From NCBI GenBank assembly GCA_045597865.1, contig JAZLKX010000052.1:32001-96000 (forward strand): a stretch of 64,000 bases of DNA, read 5' to 3'. The notes beneath the pieces are model-generated. The model was not told the origin of the DNA and searched no databases. It saw nothing but the letters and a program-made list of their open reading frames with translations. This document shows, in pieces, positions 1 to 9,724 of the stretch. A program made the translations under genes and the position numbers. Origin of the DNA: Bacilli bacterium. Its GTDB lineage: Bacteria; Bacillota_I; Bacilli_A; RFN20; CAG-826. Within the stretch, counting starts at the first letter, position 1. Each line of letters opens with the position of its first letter.

Positions 1-1017
1 TCAGGTTTTAATAAATGGCAAGAAACATATAAAACAGTAAATACCAATTCAGCTGGTTGGAATAAGCTTACATCGGCTGAGAAATGGCAGTCTTTCTTTG
101 AAACTGTTTCTACCCATTCAGGTACTTGCTGGGAATCATTGGCCTCTGCCATTTCAGCGTTTGATAAGTTAACGGCCGCATCAACATCGGCTGACAAATG
201 GAGCAGTGCATATTCATCTGTCTCAGCTGAATCAGGATATTGGGGTGCTTTAGTCGGCCTATCAGCAACATCAGGAAAACAGTGGAGCAATTACGGTTCT
301 ATCATATTGGCAAGTGCATCTAATTTAAATAGTGCATATTCTATTGTGAACAAAAATTACACAAATTGGAACAGCACCTATGATGTAAATGTTACGAAGT
401 GGAATACCTTGACGGCAGCAGTTGATGCAAGCGCTGGTAAATGGAATACTTGCACAGCTAGCACTAATGCAAGTGCTGGTAAATGGAATACTTATAATAC
501 TGCGGTTACAAATAGTGCAGCAAAATGGAACATATTAAAACCTAGTGCTGACAAATACATGACGATGAAAACTGCAGTTGATGCAAGCGCTGGCAAATGG
601 AATGCTTTAGTTGATAATTCAGCAACTACTTGGGATAAAATGGCAACAGCATACGATGCGTTAAAGGCTGATCTTAATAATCTATTAACCCAAGCCGCGC
701 TATCAAGTAAACTAAATGCATGTAAAACTACAGTATTTAATAGTGCATCAAACTGGACGTTTGCTTATACACAAGTAGCTGTGAGAATGGGAATGTGGGA
801 TTCTATACCAAAATATATAGCAAATTCAGCTGAAACTGTTGACAGCATGAGAATCAATGTAAACAACAGCTCAACGTATTGGAATAGACTATATACTGCT
901 AGTACGAACGATTGCTGGGTCAGAACTGGCACTAATGTAACGGCTGTTTTTTTCCCAACAGAATGCACAGGAAATAGACACGGCACAGGAAAAAACACAT
1001 TATTATTTTGTGAATAG
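1..1017 (+). CDS. Trp-periodic repeat protein, probable fibre/structural protein (5' end outside window)
   Basis: Frame 1 is open from base 1. Repeated SA(G/A)KWN units with DNA-level repeats at 418-450 and 574-603; Ser/Ala/Thr/Asn-rich. Confidence 0.6.
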   Translation, partial: SGFNKWQETYKTVNTNSAGWNKLTSAEKWQSFFETVSTHSGTCWESLASAISAFDKLTAASTSADKWSSAYSSVSAESGYWGALVGLSATSGKQWSNYGSIILASASNLNSAYSIVNKNYTNWNSTYDVNVTKWNTLTAAVDASAGKWNTCTASTNASAGKWNTYNTAVTNSAAKWNILKPSADKYMTMKTAVDASAGKWNALVDNSATTWDKMATAYDALKADLNNLLTQAALSSKLNACKTTVFNSASNWTFAYTQVAVRMGMWDSIPKYIANSAETVDSMRINVNNSSTYWNRLYTASTNDCWVRTGTNVTAVFFPTECTGNRHGTGKNTLLFCE

Positions 1018-1025
1018 AGGATATT

Positions 1026-2129
1026 ATGGCTGTACCAATGAATTTAGTTAGTTTATTTGCTAAAATCAAAATGACTACTATCATACCAGGCAGAGGTGAA
1101 TATACATTGTGGGACGAAACGAAAGGCCTTATGCCTTTCGCAACTAGGTCAGATCCAAAAAATCCAAATGAATGGTTCTTTTCACCGGTATTTCACACAG
1201 GTTCAAAACTCGCAACACTTCCACGAAAAGCGCTGCGCTTAATTAAGTTTGATGTTACCTGTGGTAAAAAACTTAATGATGTATTTTACTTCAAAGATAA
1301 AAAGTCAGCTGAACGGAGATTTGCAGGAGATGCGATGGCGAACGGCGGTTATCCAATGTGGTTTCATGGCTTTCCGTCTGGGTACATTGGTCCGGACGGT
1401 GTTGTGTCAAGCATGAATTCAACGACTTCTAAAGATCAGCGTTTATATACATCCCCTGCTTGGTATCGTGATTTTTGTGGCAACTATTATACTGGAGCAA
1501 CCGCAAAATCAGGTTGCTTTATGCAACATGTATATTCAGCAAATCAGCTATTTGACGAGGCGACTGGTAAAAAATGTTTTTCATGGGAATCAGACTCCGG
1601 ATGCATCTTAAATGCATGCATTTTACCAATAGTGGAAGAACCCACCGGTTTTAGTGGTTATTCGCCAAAACCATACGGTTTTTTGCTTGGACTAAAAAAT
1701 CAAGACATTTGGCCATCAACAGCGATGAATACGGTCTTCGGCGTACTATTTGGTGTTCCAAAAGAAAATACAGTTCATACAATGGCTATGTATATTAAGT
1801 GTGGCACTATGCATGATTTATATCCTGATGGAAAAACGCCAGCATTTCCATATAAGGATGATGCGAATCATGTTATGCGGCTTTCATATAAATTTTCAGC
1901 GTCTGATAAATCGCTGAGTGGCACCTCTGTGAATCCAAATATCTGTCGTTTAATTTCTGTTGATAACAGTTATAAGTATTTTGTTTTGAAAGGCCGATAT
2001 AAATTCACATCAGCGAACTGTGCGATATTTACACCGCCAACGGTTGCTTATTCAGGAAATAACACGTACCTGGGAGCACCAGCGGTCATACTAGATTCAT
2101 GGATCTCATTCCATGAAAATAACCCTTAG
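1026..2129 (+). CDS. hypothetical protein, possibly fibre-associated
   Basis: 367-aa ORF with GAGG RBS, directly after the repeat protein. Confidence 0.6.
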   Translation: MAVPMNLVSLFAKIKMTTIIPGRGEYTLWDETKGLMPFATRSDPKNPNEWFFSPVFHTGSKLATLPRKALRLIKFDVTCGKKLNDVFYFKDKKSAERRFAGDAMANGGYPMWFHGFPSGYIGPDGVVSSMNSTTSKDQRLYTSPAWYRDFCGNYYTGATAKSGCFMQHVYSANQLFDEATGKKCFSWESDSGCILNACILPIVEEPTGFSGYSPKPYGFLLGLKNQDIWPSTAMNTVFGVLFGVPKENTVHTMAMYIKCGTMHDLYPDGKTPAFPYKDDANHVMRLSYKFSASDKSLSGTSVNPNICRLISVDNSYKYFVLKGRYKFTSANCAIFTPPTVAYSGNNTYLGAPAVILDSWISFHENNP

Positions 2130-2650
2130 TCATAAAACTTAGTGAAAATTGCCAAGAGTACAGGCGGCAGTTGCTCAGGCAACAACCTGTACTCTTTTGG
2201 TATAACAAGCATGAACTCAATTTCTTCTTCAAGAATGACGGTTTCGTCTTTAGGGCGATATGCTACTACTTCAGGATATTGCTTATCCAACTGAGCCATA
2301 GCTTCATTATATTCAACGATCATATCAGTGATGATAGGTTCGCCGTTATTACCAAATTTGCCCTCGCCTTGGGCATCGCGGTCAATAAATTTTGCTGCCA
2401 ACTCGTTTTTCTTGGCAACATATTCTTCGGCGCGGTCGGGTGGCATCATACCAGCAGCTTTTAACTTAGTTTCAATGATCTGATCTAACATTTCAAATAT
2501 GTTAAGATTATCTAAAACTAACATGCTCCAGTTCTTCGAAGCACCCGCCTGTGTATACATCATTCTAAAGTATTCATCAAGAACTTTAATTTCAGCAATA
2601 GATAGTTTCACTTGTTTTTCCATTGCATAATCAGAAATACGATTATTCAT
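2126..2650 (-). CDS. hypothetical protein, paralog of 43938-44438
   Basis: ATG at 2650 follows AGAGG and overlaps the upstream stop; shares an F-x-x-NGEPI(I/V)T...L-x-x-x-Y-x-E segment with 43938-44438. Confidence 0.6.
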   Translation of the reverse strand: MNNRISDYAMEKQVKLSIAEIKVLDEYFRMMYTQAGASKNWSMLVLDNLNIFEMLDQIIETKLKAAGMMPPDRAEEYVAKKNELAAKFIDRDAQGEGKFGNNGEPIITDMIVEYNEAMAQLDKQYPEVVAYRPKDETVILEEEIEFMLVIPKEYRLLPEQLPPVLLAIFTKFYD

Positions 2651-3518
2651 TATATCCTCTTTGTATGCGGCCACTGCTTGGGGTGAATGTAAGCTCGCTA
2701 AATTTAACTTCATTATTTATACCATACAAGTCAACACGTACAAACTTAAAATCGGATGCTAATCTGTATACATACGGTTTCATCTTTTCAAGCATTTCTT
2801 CTGTGTAATGATTAAATGCAAAATTAAAGATACCTTCATTAAGCTGCCATGTTGGTTCATTGCCGTCTTTATCAAACCAAGCAATAACTTGCTCAATGTT
2901 TTTGCTTATCTTTCGTTGAAGATTGACTGTTACGATTTCACCGTTTTCGCACCAGAACTCCCAGTTCATCAGATGTCCTAAATAAGGTTGAATGATAAAA
3001 CCTTTCACAATGTTTTCATATTGCCATTCATAACCGGTGATGTAGGCAAAATTTAGCTGATACCATTCCCACACCTTTTCTTGTATGTATGTTGGGTCAG
3101 TGCCATCAGTTTTATCAAACACAATGTTCCAACCTGAACCGTGATTCATTCTTAATATGTATTTGCCATTTGGTAAATTGTGCCAATCATTATCAGTAAG
3201 ATAACCACGTGAATACATAGTTGGTTCAATAACAAGTTCGCTTAAACCCATGTTATGTAATTCGTGTATAGCATTTATCTTATCAGCCCAGTATGCTTTT
3301 CTAGGATCTTTGTCATATAACTTATAATGGCAAATACGGTCAATTATGTTACGCGGCGCTTCATAATCAGCCCACGGCACTTCTGTATCAAGCCAGTGTT
3401 TTGCATAAGCCAATTTATCTTCAGCGAAACGACAATCGTTATATAAAGACGGATGAAGACCCGCAAGATATTCCTTGCGGTAATCTTCAGGGTTCATTTG
3501 CTTAGGTGGTTGAAACAT
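2643..3518 (-). CDS. TupA-like ATP-grasp protein
   Basis: NHGSGWN, E-x-x-Y-x-x-I and FVRVDLY...FSELTFTP-x-SG motifs typical of the ATPgrasp_TupA family. Confidence 0.8.
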   Translation of the reverse strand: MFQPPKQMNPEDYRKEYLAGLHPSLYNDCRFAEDKLAYAKHWLDTEVPWADYEAPRNIIDRICHYKLYDKDPRKAYWADKINAIHELHNMGLSELVIEPTMYSRGYLTDNDWHNLPNGKYILRMNHGSGWNIVFDKTDGTDPTYIQEKVWEWYQLNFAYITGYEWQYENIVKGFIIQPYLGHLMNWEFWCENGEIVTVNLQRKISKNIEQVIAWFDKDGNEPTWQLNEGIFNFAFNHYTEEMLEKMKPYVYRLASDFKFVRVDLYGINNEVKFSELTFTPSSGRIQRGYNE

Positions 3519-4392
3519 CTAGTATACCACTGCAAGGCGTAAAGGTAGCCTCGCCGAAATAGATTTTGCCATTTACACAGTACATATCTACACGAACGAA
3601 TTTATGTCCTTCGGCGATCTTACTTACGATAGGTTTCATGCGTTCAAGAATTTCTCGTTGTGAATTGTTTAGATGCAGCATAGCAGGTTCCATGCCAATA
3701 TACCAAGGCGGCATATTTCCATCTTTATCAACGAATGCAACATAATCCTCGTAGTTCTTGCCGTATTTCTTCGTTAGGCCAACACCTTCAATGTTTCCAT
3801 CTTTGCACCAGAAACTCCAGTCAAGTGGTGTTTCAGTAATAAGACGCTGAATAAGAATACCTGGCTTGATGAACTTATACTGCAATTCATATCCTGAGAT
3901 GTAAGCATAGTTTGTATTAAGCCATTCGTTTAACTTATTCAAAACCATCTGCTTATCAGTCTTTCCGTGAGTATACTTGATATTCCAGCCAGAACCATGA
4001 TTAGTCTTAATGATGTAGGTTACACCTTCTTCCAAATTCTTAAAGATGTTTTCATTTGCTTTATTCATGTAGCATTTTAGCTCACAAGGAATAAGTAAAT
4101 CCTCTAAGCCAAGTTTTTTCATTTCATGATACACAGCAATTTTGTCGCTCCAATTTTGCTTTTTAATGAGCTTTTCGTATGGTGCTGTAATCAAATCAAT
4201 CTTCTCTTTACAAATGACATCTACTATGGTTTGCGGGTCATCTAAATTGATTTTACGCTGACTCAAAAGCCAATCTTTTGCGTATTTGACCTTATCACTT
4301 GCAAAGCGACAGTCATCATAATCATTACGAGGAATTAGTCCGCGTACATACTTTTCACGATATTCGTTTAGCATAGACCTAATAGTCTCCAT
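3502..4392 (-). CDS. TupA-like ATP-grasp protein (tandem paralog)
   Basis: KTNHGSGWN and FVRVDMY...YFGEATFTPCSG; shares the Y-x-DCRFA-x-DK N-terminus with its neighbour. Confidence 0.8.
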   Translation of the reverse strand: METIRSMLNEYREKYVRGLIPRNDYDDCRFASDKVKYAKDWLLSQRKINLDDPQTIVDVICKEKIDLITAPYEKLIKKQNWSDKIAVYHEMKKLGLEDLLIPCELKCYMNKANENIFKNLEEGVTYIIKTNHGSGWNIKYTHGKTDKQMVLNKLNEWLNTNYAYISGYELQYKFIKPGILIQRLITETPLDWSFWCKDGNIEGVGLTKKYGKNYEDYVAFVDKDGNMPPWYIGMEPAMLHLNNSQREILERMKPIVSKIAEGHKFVRVDMYCVNGKIYFGEATFTPCSGILDVSTT

Positions 4393-5216
4393 GTTTCAAG
4401 CATTGTAAAATCTGGGGTTATGTACCCACCAAAATTCTTGTTGTTCTCAATAGCAGCATTATACCACTGATGGTCAACAGCAGCAGAGCCTCTATTCCAT
4501 TTCATTGTCCAATCAGAACGAGATTTAATATGATAATGATAAAGACGCAGGCAAGCAGTTGTGTCAACGCCGCCGTATGTTGAACTTGAAAAACCTACGC
4601 CGTTTACGATTGAGCGGCGAAGACCGTTAATCAAAGGTACATGACCTTTTTCAGGCATGTCATGATTGAACTTGTATTCAATTCCTGAATGATATCTGAC
4701 GAATACTTTACCTTGTGCAGATGTATCATTCCGACGATATACTGAATGTTCAATGACTGACTTATAACGAGTATCAGTTACTTCAGGTGTTGACATTAAA
4801 ATCTGTGGCATAAGAATAGGCAAAGCAGTTTCAGTGCAGATAGAGTTTAGGTATTGGTCAACAGTTGGATATTCTTTGTCTTTGAACTGTGGGTCAAGCT
4901 TTTCAAACTGCTTCCAGTAATCAAGATAATACCAAATGTACTCGTCATCATCAATGAAAGCTACCCAGTCACCGTCTTTAAAGTTATAACGGTTGCCGTT
5001 TAAGATATCATCAAAAAGCTGCCACTGATTAGGCCAGCCTGTAATCGTTTCATATGTATCTTCAAGTGTGCCATCAATCTTAACGATGTCTTTTACATTG
5101 CATTGTGATTCGTTGTCAATGACATGAATAGTAAAACCTATTTTCTTATGGTATGTAAACCACCAATAAAAATCTTCTAGGCGATATGACTTAGTTAAAA
5201 CGACAATGTGGTTCAT
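4368..5216 (-). CDS. GT-A glycosyltransferase (GT92 / Glyco_tranf_2_4-like)
   Basis: W..YH..IG, IDNES, FIDDDEY and HYHIKS motifs. Confidence 0.7.
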   Translation of the reverse strand: MNHIVVLTKSYRLEDFYWWFTYHKKIGFTIHVIDNESQCNVKDIVKIDGTLEDTYETITGWPNQWQLFDDILNGNRYNFKDGDWVAFIDDDEYIWYYLDYWKQFEKLDPQFKDKEYPTVDQYLNSICTETALPILMPQILMSTPEVTDTRYKSVIEHSVYRRNDTSAQGKVFVRYHSGIEYKFNHDMPEKGHVPLINGLRRSIVNGVGFSSSTYGGVDTTACLRLYHYHIKSRSDWTMKWNRGSAAVDHQWYNAAIENNKNFGGYITPDFTMLETWRLLGLC

Positions 5217-5506
5217 TAGTAAATTCCTTCTTTAATTTTTTCTTCCATTACTGCGATGATTTCTTCAGCAACTTGTCTTTTCAGATTATCAGTATGATGT
5301 GTCTCCATGTACTCTTCATATAAAGATGTACCAAATTCACGTCGTGTAACTCGCTCAATGATTGAGTCAAAATTTTTGTCAAGATCTAGGTTACGGCAAA
5401 CATAATCAAGAACATCTGCGTAACGATAAGCAGAAGCCATAGGCAAATTGCTTATGGCTCCGTTACAGATCTTAGCTTTCCACTGGTCAAATGTTTCAAG
5501 CTTCAT
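5216..5506 (-). CDS. hypothetical protein
   Basis: 96-aa ORF with AGGAG RBS, abutting neighbours. Confidence 0.6.
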   Translation of the reverse strand: MKLETFDQWKAKICNGAISNLPMASAYRYADVLDYVCRNLDLDKNFDSIIERVTRREFGTSLYEEYMETHHTDNLKRQVAEEIIAVMEEKIKEGIY

Positions 5507-6550
5507 CTATGAATTAACTCCTCTAAACGTATCATACAGTTTCACAAGTTCATTGTAAATTTCAGTCTTATCCATATCAGTTTCTAATTGGTCAACATAC
5601 GATTTAAAAATCGTCAACAAGTTTAGTTGGTCAACCTCAATTTCCATATCAGTAGTTTCATTAGGATTATCACCGTTGAATGTATTTACAGGATATGCTG
5701 GCTTAAGTTTATTCAAGCGTTCAACCAAATCATAAATCTTTTTAGTTTCACCAATCTTATCATAAGGTATTTCAATATCAACCTGATTACCTGTAATCTT
5801 TTCTTCGTTAACATCAGGATAGATGTACTTAGTGAAGAGCATTGACTCATGATTATCAACCCACTCAAAGTTACCATTGCTAAAATCAAGAATGCCGTAA
5901 CCGCGGGCCTGATTTCTATCACCTCGGTTAATCTGATAAGGCGAACCAATGTAAGTAACTGTTTGCCCATCTTGATATTCACGACGAGAACGAGTATGAT
6001 AATGACCTGTGTATGTATGGTCAATCTTATCAATGATTTGCTTTACATAAAGACCGTCAGTACTTAAGTTATTTGAACCCATATCAAAGCCAACAACATC
6101 AAGATGAGCAAAGGCATACTTATAATGGTCAAGCACGATCATATCAAAGTCAATGTAGTTTGTGATCCAAGGTAGCATCAAAACCTTATTGCCATCAAAC
6201 TCAACATCGGTCGGTTTTTCATATACTGTTACATTCGGCAAAAGGTCAAGCGACTTAAGTGAGTTTACTTCAGTCGTCGTTGTGTGATATATGTCATGAT
6301 TACCAACGATGATATGTACCTTGAAGTTAGCAAAAACATTCTTGAACAAATCAATGACGACGTTTTCAGTGTTGACGTTGAGCGTCTGACGTGTATCAAA
6401 TACATCACCGCAAACAACGATTGTGTCTATTTCCTTTTCAATTAGCTCTGGCACAAACTGGTTCTTAAAGAATCGCATCTGTGACTGCTGAAAAACCAAA
6501 TCAGATTTTTTAACACCTAAATGTAAATCAGCTAATAAAGCAATCTTCAT
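5507..6550 (-). CDS. 47: Mre11/SbcD-like recombination nuclease (T4 gp47-like)
   Basis: Phosphoesterase motifs DLH, GDVFD, GNHD, GHYH and YIGSPYQ; near gp46. Confidence 0.9.
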   Translation of the reverse strand: MKIALLADLHLGVKKSDLVFQQSQMRFFKNQFVPELIEKEIDTIVVCGDVFDTRQTLNVNTENVVIDLFKNVFANFKVHIIVGNHDIYHTTTTEVNSLKSLDLLPNVTVYEKPTDVEFDGNKVLMLPWITNYIDFDMIVLDHYKYAFAHLDVVGFDMGSNNLSTDGLYVKQIIDKIDHTYTGHYHTRSRREYQDGQTVTYIGSPYQINRGDRNQARGYGILDFSNGNFEWVDNHESMLFTKYIYPDVNEEKITGNQVDIEIPYDKIGETKKIYDLVERLNKLKPAYPVNTFNGDNPNETTDMEIEVDQLNLLTIFKSYVDQLETDMDKTEIYNELVKLYDTFRGVNS

Positions 6551-7082
6551 ACTTAATACCCATCTTCATGCAAATTTCCATTACGATAGCCTCAAACCCA
6601 TCCTGTGTACTTGGGATAGTTTTAAACTGACGCTTTTCTTTTTCAAGTAGTGTCTTAATTTCAGTATCAAGTTGAACTGCTTCATCAAAGTTTTGGTGTC
6701 TTCCTGCTTGAACATATTCACGCTTTGGATTTCGTCCAATAAAAAAGTCAAGCCTGTTTGTGTACTTTCGGTCTTCACCTATTGCAGCGTCAATGATGTG
6801 TTTTTCATTTGAGTAAATGGCACCTAACAGCAGTGGGCTATCAGTAATCATAACATCAACTTTACCATTCACTCGTGATAAACGAAACACTTGTTTTGCA
6901 TTGACGTAAAGCTGGCACTTAAATGCAGTATCGCATTTTTCCCAAACCTTGTCCTTTGCATATTCAGTTACAAGTTCAGCATTTACGCCCATCATTTTAA
7001 GTCGTGAAAAGATATATGCAGCGGCAGTTGATTTTCCAGCACCTGGGCCTGCATACAAATTTACAAGTAATGTATCACGCAT
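6528..7082 (-). CDS. P-loop kinase, NadR/AAA_28-like
   Basis: Walker A GPGAGKST; EYAK and ITDSP motifs; R-H-Q lid. Confidence 0.65.
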   Translation of the reverse strand: MRDTLLVNLYAGPGAGKSTAAAYIFSRLKMMGVNAELVTEYAKDKVWEKCDTAFKCQLYVNAKQVFRLSRVNGKVDVMITDSPLLLGAIYSNEKHIIDAAIGEDRKYTNRLDFFIGRNPKREYVQAGRHQNFDEAVQLDTEIKTLLEKEKRQFKTIPSTQDGFEAIVMEICMKMGIKYEDCFIS

Positions 7083-7242
7083 CTTCAACCTCTTCTATTT
7101 TTACTGTTTTATGAAATCTTTCAAATAGCTTTATAAATGATTCTGCCTGGTCTACTTTATCAAACTTAAGAATGTTACCATCAACATCGCGGCAGTATTT
7201 CTTGCTAGATTCTAATTCCACGGCAATTACGTATTTCATCAT
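7075..7242 (-). CDS. 55-aa hypothetical protein (not in ORF track)
   Basis: Hand-translated MMKYVIAVELESSKKYCRD...; ATGA overlap with the gp46 stop; fills the gap. Confidence 0.5.
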   Translation of the reverse strand: MMKYVIAVELESSKKYCRDVDGNILKFDKVDQAESFIKLFERFHKTVKIEEVEDA

Positions 7243-8990
7243 TTACCTACCTTTAGTTCAGAGAACATGCTCTTCTTTTCAATTTCAATAATTTCATTCC
7301 AGTTAACATCAATGTCGCTTAGCTTATGGCTAATAAGATAGATGCCAATGTTCTTGCTCGTTTCTGTTACGATGTTGTAAAGTGCTGACAAGAACTGAGA
7401 TGTGCCGTTCGCATCAACACCAGCGTCCATAACTTCATCAATGAATAAGATTGAACAGGACCAGTTTGAAATCATCTTTGAGATGTCAAAGAATGAAAGC
7501 AGAATAGCCATGTCAATACGAGATCTTTCGCCACCTGAGAACTGCATGTAAGCTTGTTCAAAACGGCCAACCATAATCTTAGCTTCCATGTATTGGTCAA
7601 ATTCAAGAGATACCTGAAGTTCAAATTTCTTTAAGTAGAAATTGATGCGCTGATTAAGAATCGGCAGCAGCTTCTTGAAGAAATACATACGAAGACCTTC
7701 ATCACCAAGTACATCTATAAGCTTAGTATCAACTGCAATGCGATGGTTCAACTCATCAAGTGTCTTATTTATGACATCATATCGTTCAGACAGTTCCTGT
7801 AAACGAATTTCATTTTCAGCAGTAGTAAGATCACAAGTTTTTTCTTCAAGCTGTTTTACCTGGTTTTCAAGATCAGTTAATGTTTGCCGATTTGTCTTGA
7901 GCTTCACCTCTTCAGCAATAACCTTCTGGCTAATTAAATTGACGCGCTTTGTCATTTCATCAAACTTGCGCTTACGTTCAGCTAGTTCATTTTGTGCAGC
8001 TTGCAGTTTAGGAATATGTACTTCCTTAATTTCTTTTAAACGAGCACGAAGTTCATTAAAGTGATTAACAGCTCTTTCATCATCAAGCTTTTCGCCGCAT
8101 ATTGGACAAACTGCTTTACCGCCAACTGAATCTAAAGTTTTCTGAATGTTAGTTTTCTCATGATCATAAGCACCAATCATTGTTGTGACTTCAGCAAACT
8201 CTTCAGTTGTTGGCGCAGGTTCACCATCTTTAGCCTTTTCAATAGCAGCCTTGCCATTCTTTACATTTTTCTGCTGCTGTTCAATGACGACTTTGTATTC
8301 AGCAATAGAACCCATCAGCGATGCAATGTTATTAGCTTTAGTTTCATCAAACTGTTCAATGTATCGCTGAATCTTTTCAATGTAATTCTTGTTGTCAGTG
8401 ATACCTGATTGGACGCCGCTAAGCTCAGAAAGCTGCAAGCGTTGTTCTGACTTATCCATTGCATTGCGTTTCTTTACCTCTCTACCCATTTCAGATAGAA
8501 CATCAATGTTGAAGATACTTTCAATAAGTGAACGCTTATCAGCAATGCTCATGGTTAAGAACGGCTTATTACTTGTAACCGCAATGCCTACGATATTTTT
8601 AAATAGCCTTTCATTGATACCAAGCAACTTATCAATTTCTTCCTGATTAAGTTTCTTAGATGACAATGAAGCAATTTCATTTCCGTTTTTAGACAGTGAA
8701 TAAATGTTAGGCTTTATACCGCGTATAAGTGTGTAAGAATCAGCGTTGATTTTAAATTTGAGTTCAACACAAAGTTCTTTACCATTATAGCGATTGATTA
8801 ACTGCGCTATTTTAATTGCACGAAACGGGTTGCCAAACAAGCAGAAGTTAATCGCATCTAAAATCGTTGACTTACCTGAGCCGTTTTGTGCTTTAATCAG
8901 ATTAAGTCCATCGTGAAAATTCAATTCAGTCCATTTATTACCGTATGAAAGAATGTTCTTGAATCTTATACTCTCAAATTTTACAAACAT
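7239..8990 (-). CDS. 46: Rad50/SbcC-like ATPase (T4 gp46-like)
   Basis: NGSGKST Walker A, coiled coil, CPIC zinc hook, FSGGE signature, IDE Walker B, ISH. Confidence 0.92.
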   Translation of the reverse strand: MFVKFESIRFKNILSYGNKWTELNFHDGLNLIKAQNGSGKSTILDAINFCLFGNPFRAIKIAQLINRYNGKELCVELKFKINADSYTLIRGIKPNIYSLSKNGNEIASLSSKKLNQEEIDKLLGINERLFKNIVGIAVTSNKPFLTMSIADKRSLIESIFNIDVLSEMGREVKKRNAMDKSEQRLQLSELSGVQSGITDNKNYIEKIQRYIEQFDETKANNIASLMGSIAEYKVVIEQQQKNVKNGKAAIEKAKDGEPAPTTEEFAEVTTMIGAYDHEKTNIQKTLDSVGGKAVCPICGEKLDDERAVNHFNELRARLKEIKEVHIPKLQAAQNELAERKRKFDEMTKRVNLISQKVIAEEVKLKTNRQTLTDLENQVKQLEEKTCDLTTAENEIRLQELSERYDVINKTLDELNHRIAVDTKLIDVLGDEGLRMYFFKKLLPILNQRINFYLKKFELQVSLEFDQYMEAKIMVGRFEQAYMQFSGGERSRIDMAILLSFFDISKMISNWSCSILFIDEVMDAGVDANGTSQFLSALYNIVTETSKNIGIYLISHKLSDIDVNWNEIIEIEKKSMFSELKVGK

Positions 8991-9024
8991 GTTTCATCCT
9001 TTTTTGCTTACTGTTAAAATATAA

Positions 9025-9054
9025 AAAAGAAATGGGTACTAACTTGAGTACCCA
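9025..9054 (-). terminator. intrinsic terminator after uvsY
   Basis: TGGGTACT/AGTACCCA stem followed by a T-rich run on the minus strand. Confidence 0.6.
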
Positions 9055-9074
9055 AAACTATTCTTAAATCAAAA

Positions 9075-9500
9075 TTAGATGTTTGTCGTTGTAATTTTCT
9101 TATAATCAAGAAAGTTCTTAATCGTATAGTGCATCTGCTTTAAAGTGCCTAATGTTTCTGAAATGAAATCAAGATAGTATTTCTGTGTAGCCAGTTCTCT
9201 AAGCTTGGAAGTGTAACGCTTGTCAGCGTAAATCTGTGAGTCAATACCTTTCGTGGTATTTCCCCAGTCATAATTAGATTCAAACTTGTACTCTTTAAAT
9301 AATTCTCCATAGAGTTCATCAAGTTCAATCTTTAGAATCTGAACACAGTAATTCTGATTTGTGTAAAGCTTAGTCCAACGCTGAATTATTGTTGGAAGCT
9401 GACAGTTCTTTTCAGCTACGTCCATTATTTTATCAGTCATCTTGGTATCTGCTTCTGCAATAGTTTGTAATTGTGCAAATTGAGTATTCGTTAAAGCCAT
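9075..9500 (-). CDS. uvsY: UvsY-like recombination mediator
   Basis: 141-aa helical protein with YI-x-AD-like and Y.IKN.LD motifs, positioned opposite uvsW as in T4-like phages. Confidence 0.7.
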   Translation of the reverse strand: MALTNTQFAQLQTIAEADTKMTDKIMDVAEKNCQLPTIIQRWTKLYTNQNYCVQILKIELDELYGELFKEYKFESNYDWGNTTKGIDSQIYADKRYTSKLRELATQKYYLDFISETLGTLKQMHYTIKNFLDYKKITTTNI

Positions 9501-9724
9501 ATAAAATCCTCTGTATCAAATTTAATAAATTTATAACGATTTAAAGTTCAGCGGAAAATTTTCCATTTGCATACTCTTACGGAAAAATAAATCCCGCTCC
9601 GCAAAATCCAAAAACTTTTTTATATTTACTGTACAAAGCATGGTGACATACATAACTGTCACGGAAAATTATTTTCCGCATAAATGCAAACTTGAAAAAT
9701 GTTATTATATTTTGTCTAAACATT

